The notes beneath the pieces were generated by a model. It was not told the origin of the DNA, made no database searches, and saw nothing but the letters and a program-made list of their open reading frames with translations. 31,642 bases of DNA from a virus (taxonomy: Duplodnaviria > Caudoviricetes), in IMG/VR virus record IMGVR_UViG_3300037309_000017, positions 1 through 31,642 of that record; one strand, 5' to 3'. The position numbers were made by a program, and so were the translations under genes. Below, piece by piece: positions 6,011 through 14,798 of this stretch (position 1 is its first letter; each line of letters opens with the position of its first letter).

Positions 6011-6502
6011 TCAAGTCGCGGGCTTGGGCTGTGCCGCGGCAACAACCGCCTTGCTCGCCTCGTCCCAGTTGGCGTCGGCGACCCTGTTCTGTCGGGAGCG
6101 CAACCACCACGCGAGCGGCCCGCCGAGCACTGCCCCGGCTAGCACGCCCCAAGGACCAAACGCCGAGCCGATCGCCTGGGCCGCAGCCGCAGCCACCGTC
6201 GCCCCGTCTCCGGCGCCATTCGCCTGCGCGCGTTCGGCGCCCGCAATCACGCGATGCGCCAACTCGATGATCGGGGCCGCCTGCCTGTCGTGCTTCTCCA
6301 CGTCGCCGCCGGAAGCAACGACAACCGCACGCTGGGCCTCGATGTCGCGGACGGTCTGGATGGCCGCTTGCTTCGCCATCTCGACGACCTCGGGCGTCAG
6401 TTGCGGACCTTGAGAGGCACAGCCACCGCCCATGATCGCCATGCCCAGCACGGCGGCAGAAAGGGTGACGGACAGCATGAGAACTCGTAGGGACTTCATC
6501 AT
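6011..6502 (-). CDS. Putative lipoprotein with a C-terminal TM segment (163 aa)
   Basis: ATG at 6502 overlaps the upstream stop. MMKSLRVLMLSVTLSAAVLGMAIMGGG-C resembles a signal peptide plus lipobox. Hydrophobic AFGPWGVLAGAVLGGPLAWWL near the C-terminus. Confidence 0.65.
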   Translation of the reverse strand: MMKSLRVLMLSVTLSAAVLGMAIMGGGCASQGPQLTPEVVEMAKQAAIQTVRDIEAQRAVVVASGGDVEKHDRQAAPIIELAHRVIAGAERAQANGAGDGATVAAAAAQAIGSAFGPWGVLAGAVLGGPLAWWLRSRQNRVADANWDEASKAVVAAAQPKPAT

Positions 6503-8274
6503 GGAACCTCCTGCACAGAGACACCAAACGCACGGCGCGCACGCGCCGCGAAGGTCTTCGCCCACCACTGCGGATTCTCGGATCCCTTGCGCACCGCCGA
6601 CGCCGCGAACTGGGCAATGGTCGCGTGCGGGTCCGACGACTGGACGCCCAGCTCCGAGAGCCAAGACGCCGCCGAGAACGCCGGAAAGTTGCGTGGTTCG
6701 AGCTTCGCGGAGGGCTCAAACTGCCGCCACCAGAGGATGTCTTTGGGCTGGTTGCTGGCGTCCTTTGCCATCGGGCTGCCCCAGTAGATGTTGCCGGACA
6801 GCGTGCCGCCCGGCGTCGTCACGCCGGGGTACAGCTGCGCCGCCGCGCCGCTGCCGGGATGGGCGAAGACGTTGTTTCTGACGATCTCGCCTGGCTGGAG
6901 CGATCGGCGGAACTGCAAAGCCGCGCCGTCCCAATTCCAGACGACGTTGTTTTCGATGACGACCCGCGATGACGAATCGTTGTCGAAGTACAGACCGGCC
7001 TCGCGAGAGCCCTTGCAGTTGGCGACCACGTTGCCGCGAACGACTCCGTTCACCGAGCGGACGACGCCGATCCCAAAGCCACGGGGCAGGCTGCTTGTGA
7101 TGGAAGGGGCTCCGTCGATCACGGCACAGCGCTCGATGACGCCCTCCCATCCGTCCGTGGGCCATCGCCCAAGCGGATGCCCGCCGCCGATGCCGAGCGG
7201 CGCACCGAGAACCGCGCACTCGAAGGCGCTGGACGTTTTGCCACGCAACTGGATCGCACCCGCAGCCGGGCGGATGCTCCACACGTTGGAGAGCGTGATC
7301 CGGTCGGACCCGGACACCACGTAGGCGTTTTGGTTGTAGATTGTGGCGGTCGCATCGCGGCCTCGCGCGGCATCCCAGCCGTTCTGATACAGGACGCCGT
7401 GTTCCAGCAGCAGGCCATCGACGCCCTGGAGGTACGTGCCCTGCGAGTGTGACGCGGAGCCGCCGTAGCAGTCGCGGATGACGAAGCCGCGGACGACGCC
7501 ATTACGGATGGCGTTGAGGTACGGCCCTTGCCCGAGCCCCTCAGCCTCGACGACCAGACCGGTGCCACCCGCCCCGCGAATCTCGGTGTCTTCAATCGCC
7601 CAGTCGTTGCAGTTGCCCAGGATCTTCACGGTGCCCCGGAAGTCGATGCCGCTGATGATCCAGTTGGACGCGCCGAAGTGCATGGACGCTCCACCGGTGA
7701 TGACGGGCGGGGGCAGGTCGGCGTTTCCATAGGACGTGATGACGATGGGGGCCTGCGGGGACGCCCCGCTCTTGCGCCAGTCGTCGGGCTCGGTGCCGCC
7801 GGACGACACGCCCAGCCGACCGGGGATGACCGATCCGCGAGCAATGCGAACCTGATCGGACGAGCCAGCCCGCACCTTGCGGTACGCGGCGTCCTCAGAT
7901 CGGCACGGGGCGCTCGGGCTGGTGCATGACCCTGTGTCGGACGCGGATGGGTGCGACGGGTCCACGTAGTAGACGCTCGCCCCCGCGCGCGGCGCCAGGT
8001 CGGCCCATGCGATCGTGGGGATGTTCACGCACGTCGAGAACCTTTGGTAGAACGCGTCAACGTCCGCGTTGTCCGGGAAGACACCATCGCCGTTGATGTC
8101 GATTCCATCACAGGACGCGGCTGGGCACGGGCCGCCGCCGAGAACGCCGAGGAAGTCCGCCACGTCGGCTACGTCTGGATATCGACCATCGTTGTTGAAG
8201 TCGATGTCGCACGGCGCGGCGAGGGCCGGGGAACAGGTCAGGGACAGTGACGCAATGAGGGCACGCGGACGCAA
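6499..8274 (-). CDS. Secreted protein: signal peptide, dockerin/EF-hand-like duplicated motif, right-handed beta-helix
   Basis: 591 aa. Signal MRPRALIASLSLTCSPALA. CDIDFNNDGRYPDVADVADFL...CDGIDINGDGVFPDNADVDAF. YYVDP motif followed by beta-helix repeats (VVRGNVV, VIENNVV, IVRNNVF). Confidence 0.8.
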   Translation of the reverse strand: MRPRALIASLSLTCSPALAAPCDIDFNNDGRYPDVADVADFLGVLGGGPCPAASCDGIDINGDGVFPDNADVDAFYQRFSTCVNIPTIAWADLAPRAGASVYYVDPSHPSASDTGSCTSPSAPCRSEDAAYRKVRAGSSDQVRIARGSVIPGRLGVSSGGTEPDDWRKSGASPQAPIVITSYGNADLPPPVITGGASMHFGASNWIISGIDFRGTVKILGNCNDWAIEDTEIRGAGGTGLVVEAEGLGQGPYLNAIRNGVVRGFVIRDCYGGSASHSQGTYLQGVDGLLLEHGVLYQNGWDAARGRDATATIYNQNAYVVSGSDRITLSNVWSIRPAAGAIQLRGKTSSAFECAVLGAPLGIGGGHPLGRWPTDGWEGVIERCAVIDGAPSITSSLPRGFGIGVVRSVNGVVRGNVVANCKGSREAGLYFDNDSSSRVVIENNVVWNWDGAALQFRRSLQPGEIVRNNVFAHPGSGAAAQLYPGVTTPGGTLSGNIYWGSPMAKDASNQPKDILWWRQFEPSAKLEPRNFPAFSAASWLSELGVQSSDPHATIAQFAASAVRKGSENPQWWAKTFAARARRAFGVSVQEVP

Positions 8275-8277
8275 ACG

Positions 8278-11200
8278 CTACCTCCTGCCCGGCAAGTACG
8301 GGCTCGAAACGCCGATGGTCGGCAGACGCCGCAACGCGCGGCGGCTCGTGTCGTACAACTGGTCGGGGAAGTCGCCCGAGTTGATGGCGCTGATGATCTG
8401 TCGCGCCGTTTCCTCTTGGGCTGCGTCCTGCAACAGGAAGAACCCGGGCGTCGCGCCCTGACGCACGCGGAGAAGAGCGTCGGCGATCTTCGCCTCATCC
8501 CAAGGCGGCTGGAACGCGATACCCAATTGGCAGTTGTCGGGGACGACCCACGCGCCGTTGCCGGGCGTGTTGATGTTCACGCCGATCAGCATGAACCGGC
8601 GGTTCGCGGCCCGGGCCGTGTCGATCGCACCGGCCACCGTGATCGGCACGGGCTCGGCACCGGGCACAATGCCCTTGGAGACGCAATAGTCGTGCAACTT
8701 GCTGTACTGCGCCTCCTTGGTCGTGTCGCCGATGACGGCATCCCACCAGATATCCCTTATGCCGATGCCCTTCCAGAATTCGATCTCGCGATCAATGTAC
8801 GCCTGCTCTTTGTCGGGGCTCAGCAGGGTCCGGAGCGGGCTCTGCGTCGTCTGTCGCGTCTCCCAGACCGCGCCCAGGTACACCGCGACGGTCGGATACC
8901 CATAGCGCGCCCGCCATGTTGCAATCTGTGCGGCGGTCAGCGTGTCCCGGAAGTAGCCGTTGAGCCACGGCCACCACTGCTCGACTGAGTAGTAGTAGTC
9001 GATCGCGCCGCCGGTGTGCCACCACGGGGAGATCGCGTTGCCTCGCGGGACGTGGAGCATCACGTATGGCGCTCCGATCCGCTGGGCTTGGGCGAAGTGG
9101 GACTCGATGTACGAGCGGGGATCTGGGAGCGAGAGCGTGTTGATTCCGCGCTCGTTGATGTCGTGCAGCCCGCTGGGGAACGACACCCACATGAAGGGCG
9201 GGAGCGGGACATTGGACGACACGCCAGATGCGTATGTCGGCGCCGGTCCGTACTGGTAACATCCTCGCGTGCCAACCATCGGCACACCATCCATGCCGAC
9301 CGGGGCGAGATTCGTCAGATCGCTGAGCCGCGAGTCAACTTCGGAGCCAGTGACGTTCAGCCGGGCCGAGGCCTGAAGATCGTAAAACTCAGTTGCGGCG
9401 TGGGTTGTTGCCGCCGCGTCGATGGCGGCGGTCCACTCGGCGAGCGTGTTGTACGCGGCCCGGCTGGAGAATTGGCCCGTGCCAATGCCTACGTAGGCGT
9501 TGCGTCGAAAGAGCCGCTGCCCCGCGGTCTCGTCCCAGTTGTCGCCCCAGAAGAGGAAGCGGTTGGTGCCACTGGTCAAGAATCCGTAGCGACCGCCGTA
9601 GGCGGCGTGCTTGCGGGCGCTGGACCACGGATAGGCCCACGACCGAAGGTTGTCGTTGGTGCTCTCGCCCACGTCGATGCCGGTGCATGATCGCTGAATG
9701 ATGTCGGTCTGCCGCATGCGGAACACATGCACGTTCGCCGACGAGTTGAGGTTGGGACGCAACTCGCAGGCGTCGAGGAGCCAGGTGAAGGTGGGCGAGT
9801 CGGCGGTGAGGCCGTCGTCCATGACTCGACCAAGCGCGGCGGCCTTGGTGTTGGCCTGCTCCATCCCCATCCGGCAACCGCGCATGTACACGTTCGACTG
9901 GATGGTGAACCCGACCGCGCCCTCACAGATGCAGTCGATGAACTTGACGCCATACGCGTCGGGGTCGTCCAGAGCCCTCGCGGGGGTGAGCGCCGCCGGG
10001 CTGATGACCTGGGCGCACGACCACGGCGAACTGCCCGCGCCCACCGCGTAGGGGAAGACGAAGCGCTGGCCTTCGACGGTCAGGAACCCGGGCCCCAGCC
10101 TTGCGGTGCTCTGTGCCGTGCCATCGTTGTGGACGTACAAACCGATGATCGTCCATGAAGTGCTCAGGGGCGTGCCGTCGCGCTTGAGCGGTGCGCAGCA
10201 CACGTACTGCATGCCCGGAGCCATCGTGTTGCCGGTCTGGTTGTCGTGCTGCGTGTACCACACCCCGAGCGTCGAAGAGGCGCTAGCGCTGCCCATCGCG
10301 CCGATCAACTTGCCCTCGCCCTGCGGGAAGACGCCGCTGTTGCTCATCGTGCCAGCGGCGTTGTCGTCCACGCCCCATCCGTGGTGATAGCCGCCGTAGA
10401 CGGTGCGGTCGTGCCCGCAGACCCACGAGCCGTACCACTTGACGAAGTATCCAAAGCCCGGTGCCGGGTCGATGTTGAGCGAGGCGCGCAAGTACTCGAT
10501 ACGGCCCGAGCCGCCGAAGAGGTTGAGGACGTTCTTCCCGCCCTCGCACCACTCGATGACGCGGCCCGTGGGGGACTGCCCGCCCAGGTTGATGCTCAGT
10601 ATGCCCGTGCCGCTTGCGTAGTGCCACGAGTCATTCGTCGCGGCGCACGCGGCGGCGTCCGCAGCGTCCGCGAGTTGGCTCTTCGGGCACCCCCAGATGT
10701 CGCGGGCGCAGGTGTCAAAGTCCACCGCTACGCCCTTTACGCTCTTGCCGGTGCCGATGCTGGAGGTGTACACGTTGCCCGATTGGGTCCACGGGCCCGC
10801 CGCGACCCACGCCATGCGCAGATCGTAAGGGACGGCGTTATCCCATCGCTTGAACGTGACGTTCGGGGAATCATTGAACGTCGCCGCGCCGCGAATGATG
10901 CCGCGCATGCTCACCACGTCGTTCGCGCCCAGTTGGTTGCCCGTCTCGGTCGCGAGCTTCGTGAGCGTCTTCCACGGCGTGGCGAATGAGTTTGTCGGGG
11001 CGGCATCGTTGCCGTTGTCGCCGTCGATCCACCACTGGGTCGGCACCTCGGCTGGTGCGGGGTTGATCGTCACGGTCGTAGACGCAATATTGAACCGCTC
11101 GCCCGCGTCGCTGACGACGCATCGCACGTCGTACGTGGCGGGGATGGTACCGACCTCGAACGAGTGCGTGTACTGCTCACCCGATCCGAGCGGCGTCCCG

Positions 11201-13947
11201 TCTGCCAGATACCAATTCCACGACACGATGTCATTGTCGGGATCGGTGCTCGGCGAAGCATCGAGCGTGATGTCCACAAACCCATCCGCGTCCTCGTCGG
11301 TGGCGGCATACGGGCCGGTCGTGCGGGCAACGGGCGGATTCGTGGCGGCGGGCGGGATGTACGGGAGCGTCTGGGTGAAGAACGCGGCGGACGCTTTCAC
11401 TTGCCCAAAGAGCGTAGCGACGCACACGACCTTGTAGACGCGGCCCGGCGCGAGCGTGGTCAGTGCGAGCGTGTTGGCGTTCGTCCCGACTGGTGCGTCA
11501 TCGAGATACCATTGGAAGTCGGGGTATAACTCGCCCGGAACGAGCGTGAGCGTGTCGGGCAAGCCGCCGATGCCGCAAAACCACGCGGTGGCCGGAACTC
11601 CAATCGGGGTGGCCTGCACGGTGGCGGGGCCGCTGATCTCCGGGGTCCAATGCTGAAACGCCATGTCGAACAGCGGATCAATCGGATCGGACACGGTTAC
11701 GGTCTTGAACGCCTGCCCGGTCAGCCCGTCGCCGTCGGTGACGGTGAGACGGAACTGATATGCCTCTGGACGCACGTCGGCGGTGTAATTGTGCGTCGCG
11801 GTGGTGGCGACCTGATCCCATGCGCCCGTTCCGATGTTGAGCACATCCCATTGGTACGACGTGATGCCCGCATCGTCGGTGCTCGCCGTGCCGTCCAGGG
11901 CGACAACCTCGGAACCGTTCTCGTCGTTGTCCACGAGGACGAGCGTTGCCGCGCCTGCATTGGCCACCGGCGGCAGGTTGATCGCGCCACCGTCGCCGTA
12001 CTCCAGGCCGTACCCGTCAAAGATCCAAGGGATGATTGCGGCGGGGCTCAGCGACGTATCCCAGTCTGTGCGATTCTGGCTGGCGCGGACTGCCACGACG
12101 TACTGGCGGATGGCGTTGAGGGCCTTCGCGTCGTCGTTGGCCCCGCTGAGGGTCCAGCCCTTCACCGTGGTAGCCCACGTCGAGAAGTTGCGCGTGCCAT
12201 CGACGAACGTGGCGTCGTCAACGGCGGACGCGGCGGTGCCGGACTGCCGCGTCCTTGCGAAGAACGTCGCGTAAGGGACGAGTCCTCCCGCGTGGGTGAT
12301 GACCCATCCGGAATCGGCACCCGGCGCGAACCACGATGCATTCGCGAACACGCCGCCGTAGTCGGTAGCGTTGTTCGGATCGCTGCCGATCCAGGCGAGC
12401 TTGCCCGCCGGGGTCTGCACCACGCGGAAGTTCGGGCCGATGCGTTCTTCCGCACCCAAGCGGCGCTGCAGGTACACCATTGCCCCGTTGTTGTTCGTGC
12501 CCGGCGCGCCGACCATGATGATGTCGCGGTACACGCCGTGCGTGCTCACGCCCGGGGTGTTGACCTCGAAGTTGAAGGCTCGCACGTCGCCGCCGTTTTG
12601 CAGTCGATGCAGCAGCAGGGATTGGAAGACCGGGACTTGCGTCCCCGGGGTGTCGGGGTCGTAGGAAGACGCGGACGCGGCGAGGGTCGCGGCTTCCTGA
12701 TCGGTCCACTGACGAGGATTCGCGCCGCCGGGGGCCGCGATGACCTTGGGGTTGATCGTGCGTTGCTGGCGGGCGTATGTGCTGGTGTATCCGAACCCGC
12801 GGGCGTCAGCGCCAGCCGTCGAAATGTTGTTGCACTGGAAGACGTAGCAGGCGAGGATCAAGCCCCAATACCCGGGGTTGGAGATTCGCAGGTTCGCGTC
12901 TGTCTGGGTGCCGCCCGAGATGTTGATGGGGTTTTGCAGCGCGATGCACCGAAACGCGCACGCGTTGTTGGCTCGCAACTGAAAGCCTGTTGCGCTGCCG
13001 TTCCATGCCACACAGTCCCTGAACAGGACGTTGCGGTTGGTCTGGTTGCAGTACACGTTGTGATCGAAGATCGTGCCCGGCGCCTCGGTGCCGAACTGGG
13101 TGCCGTACGGCTGGCCCGTCGCCCGCCAGTTGCGACCACCACCGAAGAAGTAGCACTCCTCGAACAGAGCGTTGTTCGTGAGCTCGATATACGCGCCTTG
13201 CCCGTGGCCCGCGCCGTTGGGGCCGCACTCGTCGAAGACGCAACGCCGGACAACGAGGTTGTCTTTGTTGGGCTGCCATCGCAACCACCAGGACACCGCG
13301 TCCGTGTTCGGGACCGACCACGACATGCCGTAATAGGCGCGCCGCACAATGACGGACTCGAACAATACGTTGTTGACCGTAAACTCGGCGGTCAGGCCGT
13401 TGGCGACGTTCGTTGTCTGAAAGAAGTCGTGATTGAGGAACAGATTGACGAACGCGAGGTTGCTATTGCTCACGATCTTGAGCGCGTTTCGGCCTGCGGG
13501 CGGGCGAATCTCGGCGGGCTTGCCCAGGCCGTAGACCGGCGATCCGCTCGACAGGTAGTACGTGGTGACGATGTGGCGCTGGGTCGAAGAGATGCCGCTG
13601 CGGAACCACGACGGATCGCCCGTCTGCCCCGCGCCTGTCCATCCGCCGATGTGCTCTGCGTACGCGCCCGACCAGTTGGGTTCGTCGCCGCCTGCGGTCT
13701 TGCAGCAAATCCAGTGCGATTGACCAGCGACCCCCGCGCCCGTGCGGATCTTCTCAAAGCCCGCAAAGATCGTGCGGAGAGGCTGGGTCGCCGTGCCGGG
13801 ATTGGCGTCGTTACCCGCAATGGGATCGACGTGCCACTGGTTTGGCGAGCCGGACGACAGCGACGCAAGCACGGTCCAGCCGTTGCCGTCCTGGGTGCCA
13901 TACGTGACGTTGAGGGTCGGTACGGGTAGCGCCACGCGGACTCCCAT
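8278..13947 (-). CDS. Giant multidomain protein (1889 aa): beta-helix, PKD/Ig-like domains, second beta-helix, C-terminal domain; probable receptor-binding or depolymerase protein
   Basis: WHVDPIAGNDANPGTATQPLRTI and WWIDGDNGNDAAPTNSFATPWKTL are pectate-lyase-like caps. PPVANAG...LDGTASTDDAGITSYQW and PPVAR...LDASPSTDPDNDIVSWNW are PKD-like. Located after the tail-tip genes. Confidence 0.8.
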   Translation of the reverse strand: MGVRVALPVPTLNVTYGTQDGNGWTVLASLSSGSPNQWHVDPIAGNDANPGTATQPLRTIFAGFEKIRTGAGVAGQSHWICCKTAGGDEPNWSGAYAEHIGGWTGAGQTGDPSWFRSGISSTQRHIVTTYYLSSGSPVYGLGKPAEIRPPAGRNALKIVSNSNLAFVNLFLNHDFFQTTNVANGLTAEFTVNNVLFESVIVRRAYYGMSWSVPNTDAVSWWLRWQPNKDNLVVRRCVFDECGPNGAGHGQGAYIELTNNALFEECYFFGGGRNWRATGQPYGTQFGTEAPGTIFDHNVYCNQTNRNVLFRDCVAWNGSATGFQLRANNACAFRCIALQNPINISGGTQTDANLRISNPGYWGLILACYVFQCNNISTAGADARGFGYTSTYARQQRTINPKVIAAPGGANPRQWTDQEAATLAASASSYDPDTPGTQVPVFQSLLLHRLQNGGDVRAFNFEVNTPGVSTHGVYRDIIMVGAPGTNNNGAMVYLQRRLGAEERIGPNFRVVQTPAGKLAWIGSDPNNATDYGGVFANASWFAPGADSGWVITHAGGLVPYATFFARTRQSGTAASAVDDATFVDGTRNFSTWATTVKGWTLSGANDDAKALNAIRQYVVAVRASQNRTDWDTSLSPAAIIPWIFDGYGLEYGDGGAINLPPVANAGAATLVLVDNDENGSEVVALDGTASTDDAGITSYQWDVLNIGTGAWDQVATTATHNYTADVRPEAYQFRLTVTDGDGLTGQAFKTVTVSDPIDPLFDMAFQHWTPEISGPATVQATPIGVPATAWFCGIGGLPDTLTLVPGELYPDFQWYLDDAPVGTNANTLALTTLAPGRVYKVVCVATLFGQVKASAAFFTQTLPYIPPAATNPPVARTTGPYAATDEDADGFVDITLDASPSTDPDNDIVSWNWYLADGTPLGSGEQYTHSFEVGTIPATYDVRCVVSDAGERFNIASTTVTINPAPAEVPTQWWIDGDNGNDAAPTNSFATPWKTLTKLATETGNQLGANDVVSMRGIIRGAATFNDSPNVTFKRWDNAVPYDLRMAWVAAGPWTQSGNVYTSSIGTGKSVKGVAVDFDTCARDIWGCPKSQLADAADAAACAATNDSWHYASGTGILSINLGGQSPTGRVIEWCEGGKNVLNLFGGSGRIEYLRASLNIDPAPGFGYFVKWYGSWVCGHDRTVYGGYHHGWGVDDNAAGTMSNSGVFPQGEGKLIGAMGSASASSTLGVWYTQHDNQTGNTMAPGMQYVCCAPLKRDGTPLSTSWTIIGLYVHNDGTAQSTARLGPGFLTVEGQRFVFPYAVGAGSSPWSCAQVISPAALTPARALDDPDAYGVKFIDCICEGAVGFTIQSNVYMRGCRMGMEQANTKAAALGRVMDDGLTADSPTFTWLLDACELRPNLNSSANVHVFRMRQTDIIQRSCTGIDVGESTNDNLRSWAYPWSSARKHAAYGGRYGFLTSGTNRFLFWGDNWDETAGQRLFRRNAYVGIGTGQFSSRAAYNTLAEWTAAIDAAATTHAATEFYDLQASARLNVTGSEVDSRLSDLTNLAPVGMDGVPMVGTRGCYQYGPAPTYASGVSSNVPLPPFMWVSFPSGLHDINERGINTLSLPDPRSYIESHFAQAQRIGAPYVMLHVPRGNAISPWWHTGGAIDYYYSVEQWWPWLNGYFRDTLTAAQIATWRARYGYPTVAVYLGAVWETRQTTQSPLRTLLSPDKEQAYIDREIEFWKGIGIRDIWWDAVIGDTTKEAQYSKLHDYCVSKGIVPGAEPVPITVAGAIDTARAANRRFMLIGVNINTPGNGAWVVPDNCQLGIAFQPPWDEAKIADALLRVRQGATPGFFLLQDAAQEETARQIISAINSGDFPDQLYDTSRRALRRLPTIGVSSPYLPGRR

Positions 13948-14114
13948 CAGAGAGGCCCGAACGCTGGCGCGGACTCACACCGCAAGACCGTAGGCGGGCA
14001 AGTGCTACGGTTCCAACATGATGACGCACTACGCGAGCCCGGATGCGTTTGAAGAACACCGGCAGGCGGAGAGGCATCGGAGGTACGGCGACTGGAAAGG
14101 CGACGGGCGGTACT

Positions 14115-14789
14115 TCACATCGCTTGCTGGGGCTGCGGCGCCGTGCCACACCCGCATCGAACTGTGGGACCTGTGCCACCAGGCGATGCCCGACGAGTCG
14201 TGCATCCACGCCCAATGGCAGGTCTGGGACTGGTGGACGCGGGAAAGGCGTCCCGAATGGCACGTCGTGCTTCCCGAATCGACGGAAGGACCTCATCTGC
14301 AACCCAACGCCGCAGCAGTGGCGAAATGGCAAAGATGGGTTCGAGATAGGCGCGGAACCGCCCACGCGCAAGAACCACAATACAGCCGCAGGATGTCAGG
14401 CGAGGATTGCGGCCCAGCCTCAGCAGCACCCGCCATCGCAACGGTTCGGGTGCCCCTATCCACGAGACGCCGCACCACCTGATGGTGGGCTTGTGCCCGT
14501 CGAACTGCCCCCACTTCCCGCGAGGGCACGCTGCGTTGGCGTCGCCGAGAACATCACCGATGCGCCGCCCCAGCACGGAACATGCGACGACCCGCCCGGT
14601 ATCGCGCTGGGCCTTCGCGCACGAATCGCAGACGACCGCGCGATCCCATCCGGCATCGGCTGATGTGCCGACGCGGCTGGGCCACGCGGGGCGCACTTGG
14701 CCCGGGGCCAATCGTACAGCCTTCTCGCGGTGCATCGGGCGAGTGGTCGTCTCGGGGTGTGGGCGTGATTGGAAGCATCCGCAAGCCAT
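14115..14789 (-). CDS. Cys-rich hypothetical protein
   Basis: Starts just downstream of the previous stop, in operon direction. Contains CDSC...C...CPRGKW, a motif seen in small phage proteins. The C-terminal half is uncertain because of a competing + strand ORF at 14018-14482. Confidence 0.5.
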   Translation of the reverse strand: MACGCFQSRPHPETTTRPMHREKAVRLAPGQVRPAWPSRVGTSADAGWDRAVVCDSCAKAQRDTGRVVACSVLGRRIGDVLGDANAACPRGKWGQFDGHKPTIRWCGVSWIGAPEPLRWRVLLRLGRNPRLTSCGCIVVLARGRFRAYLEPIFAISPLLRRWVADEVLPSIREARRAIRDAFPASTSPRPAIGRGCTTRRASPGGTGPTVRCGCGTAPQPQQAM

Positions 14790-14798
14790 GTTCGCTCC

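Noticed and set aside
9409-9430. Possible self-target of array unit 3 (AAIDAAA codons match 6 of 7 gapped dinucleotides)
   Set aside because: GC-rich, Ala-rich matches are expected by chance and one dinucleotide is fully mismatched. An exhaustive search was not possible by eye.
11650-13929. Long + strand ORFs such as 11650-13929, 24293-26182 and 26637-28181
   Set aside because: These are antisense shadows of well-supported minus-strand genes, typical of GC-rich DNA.
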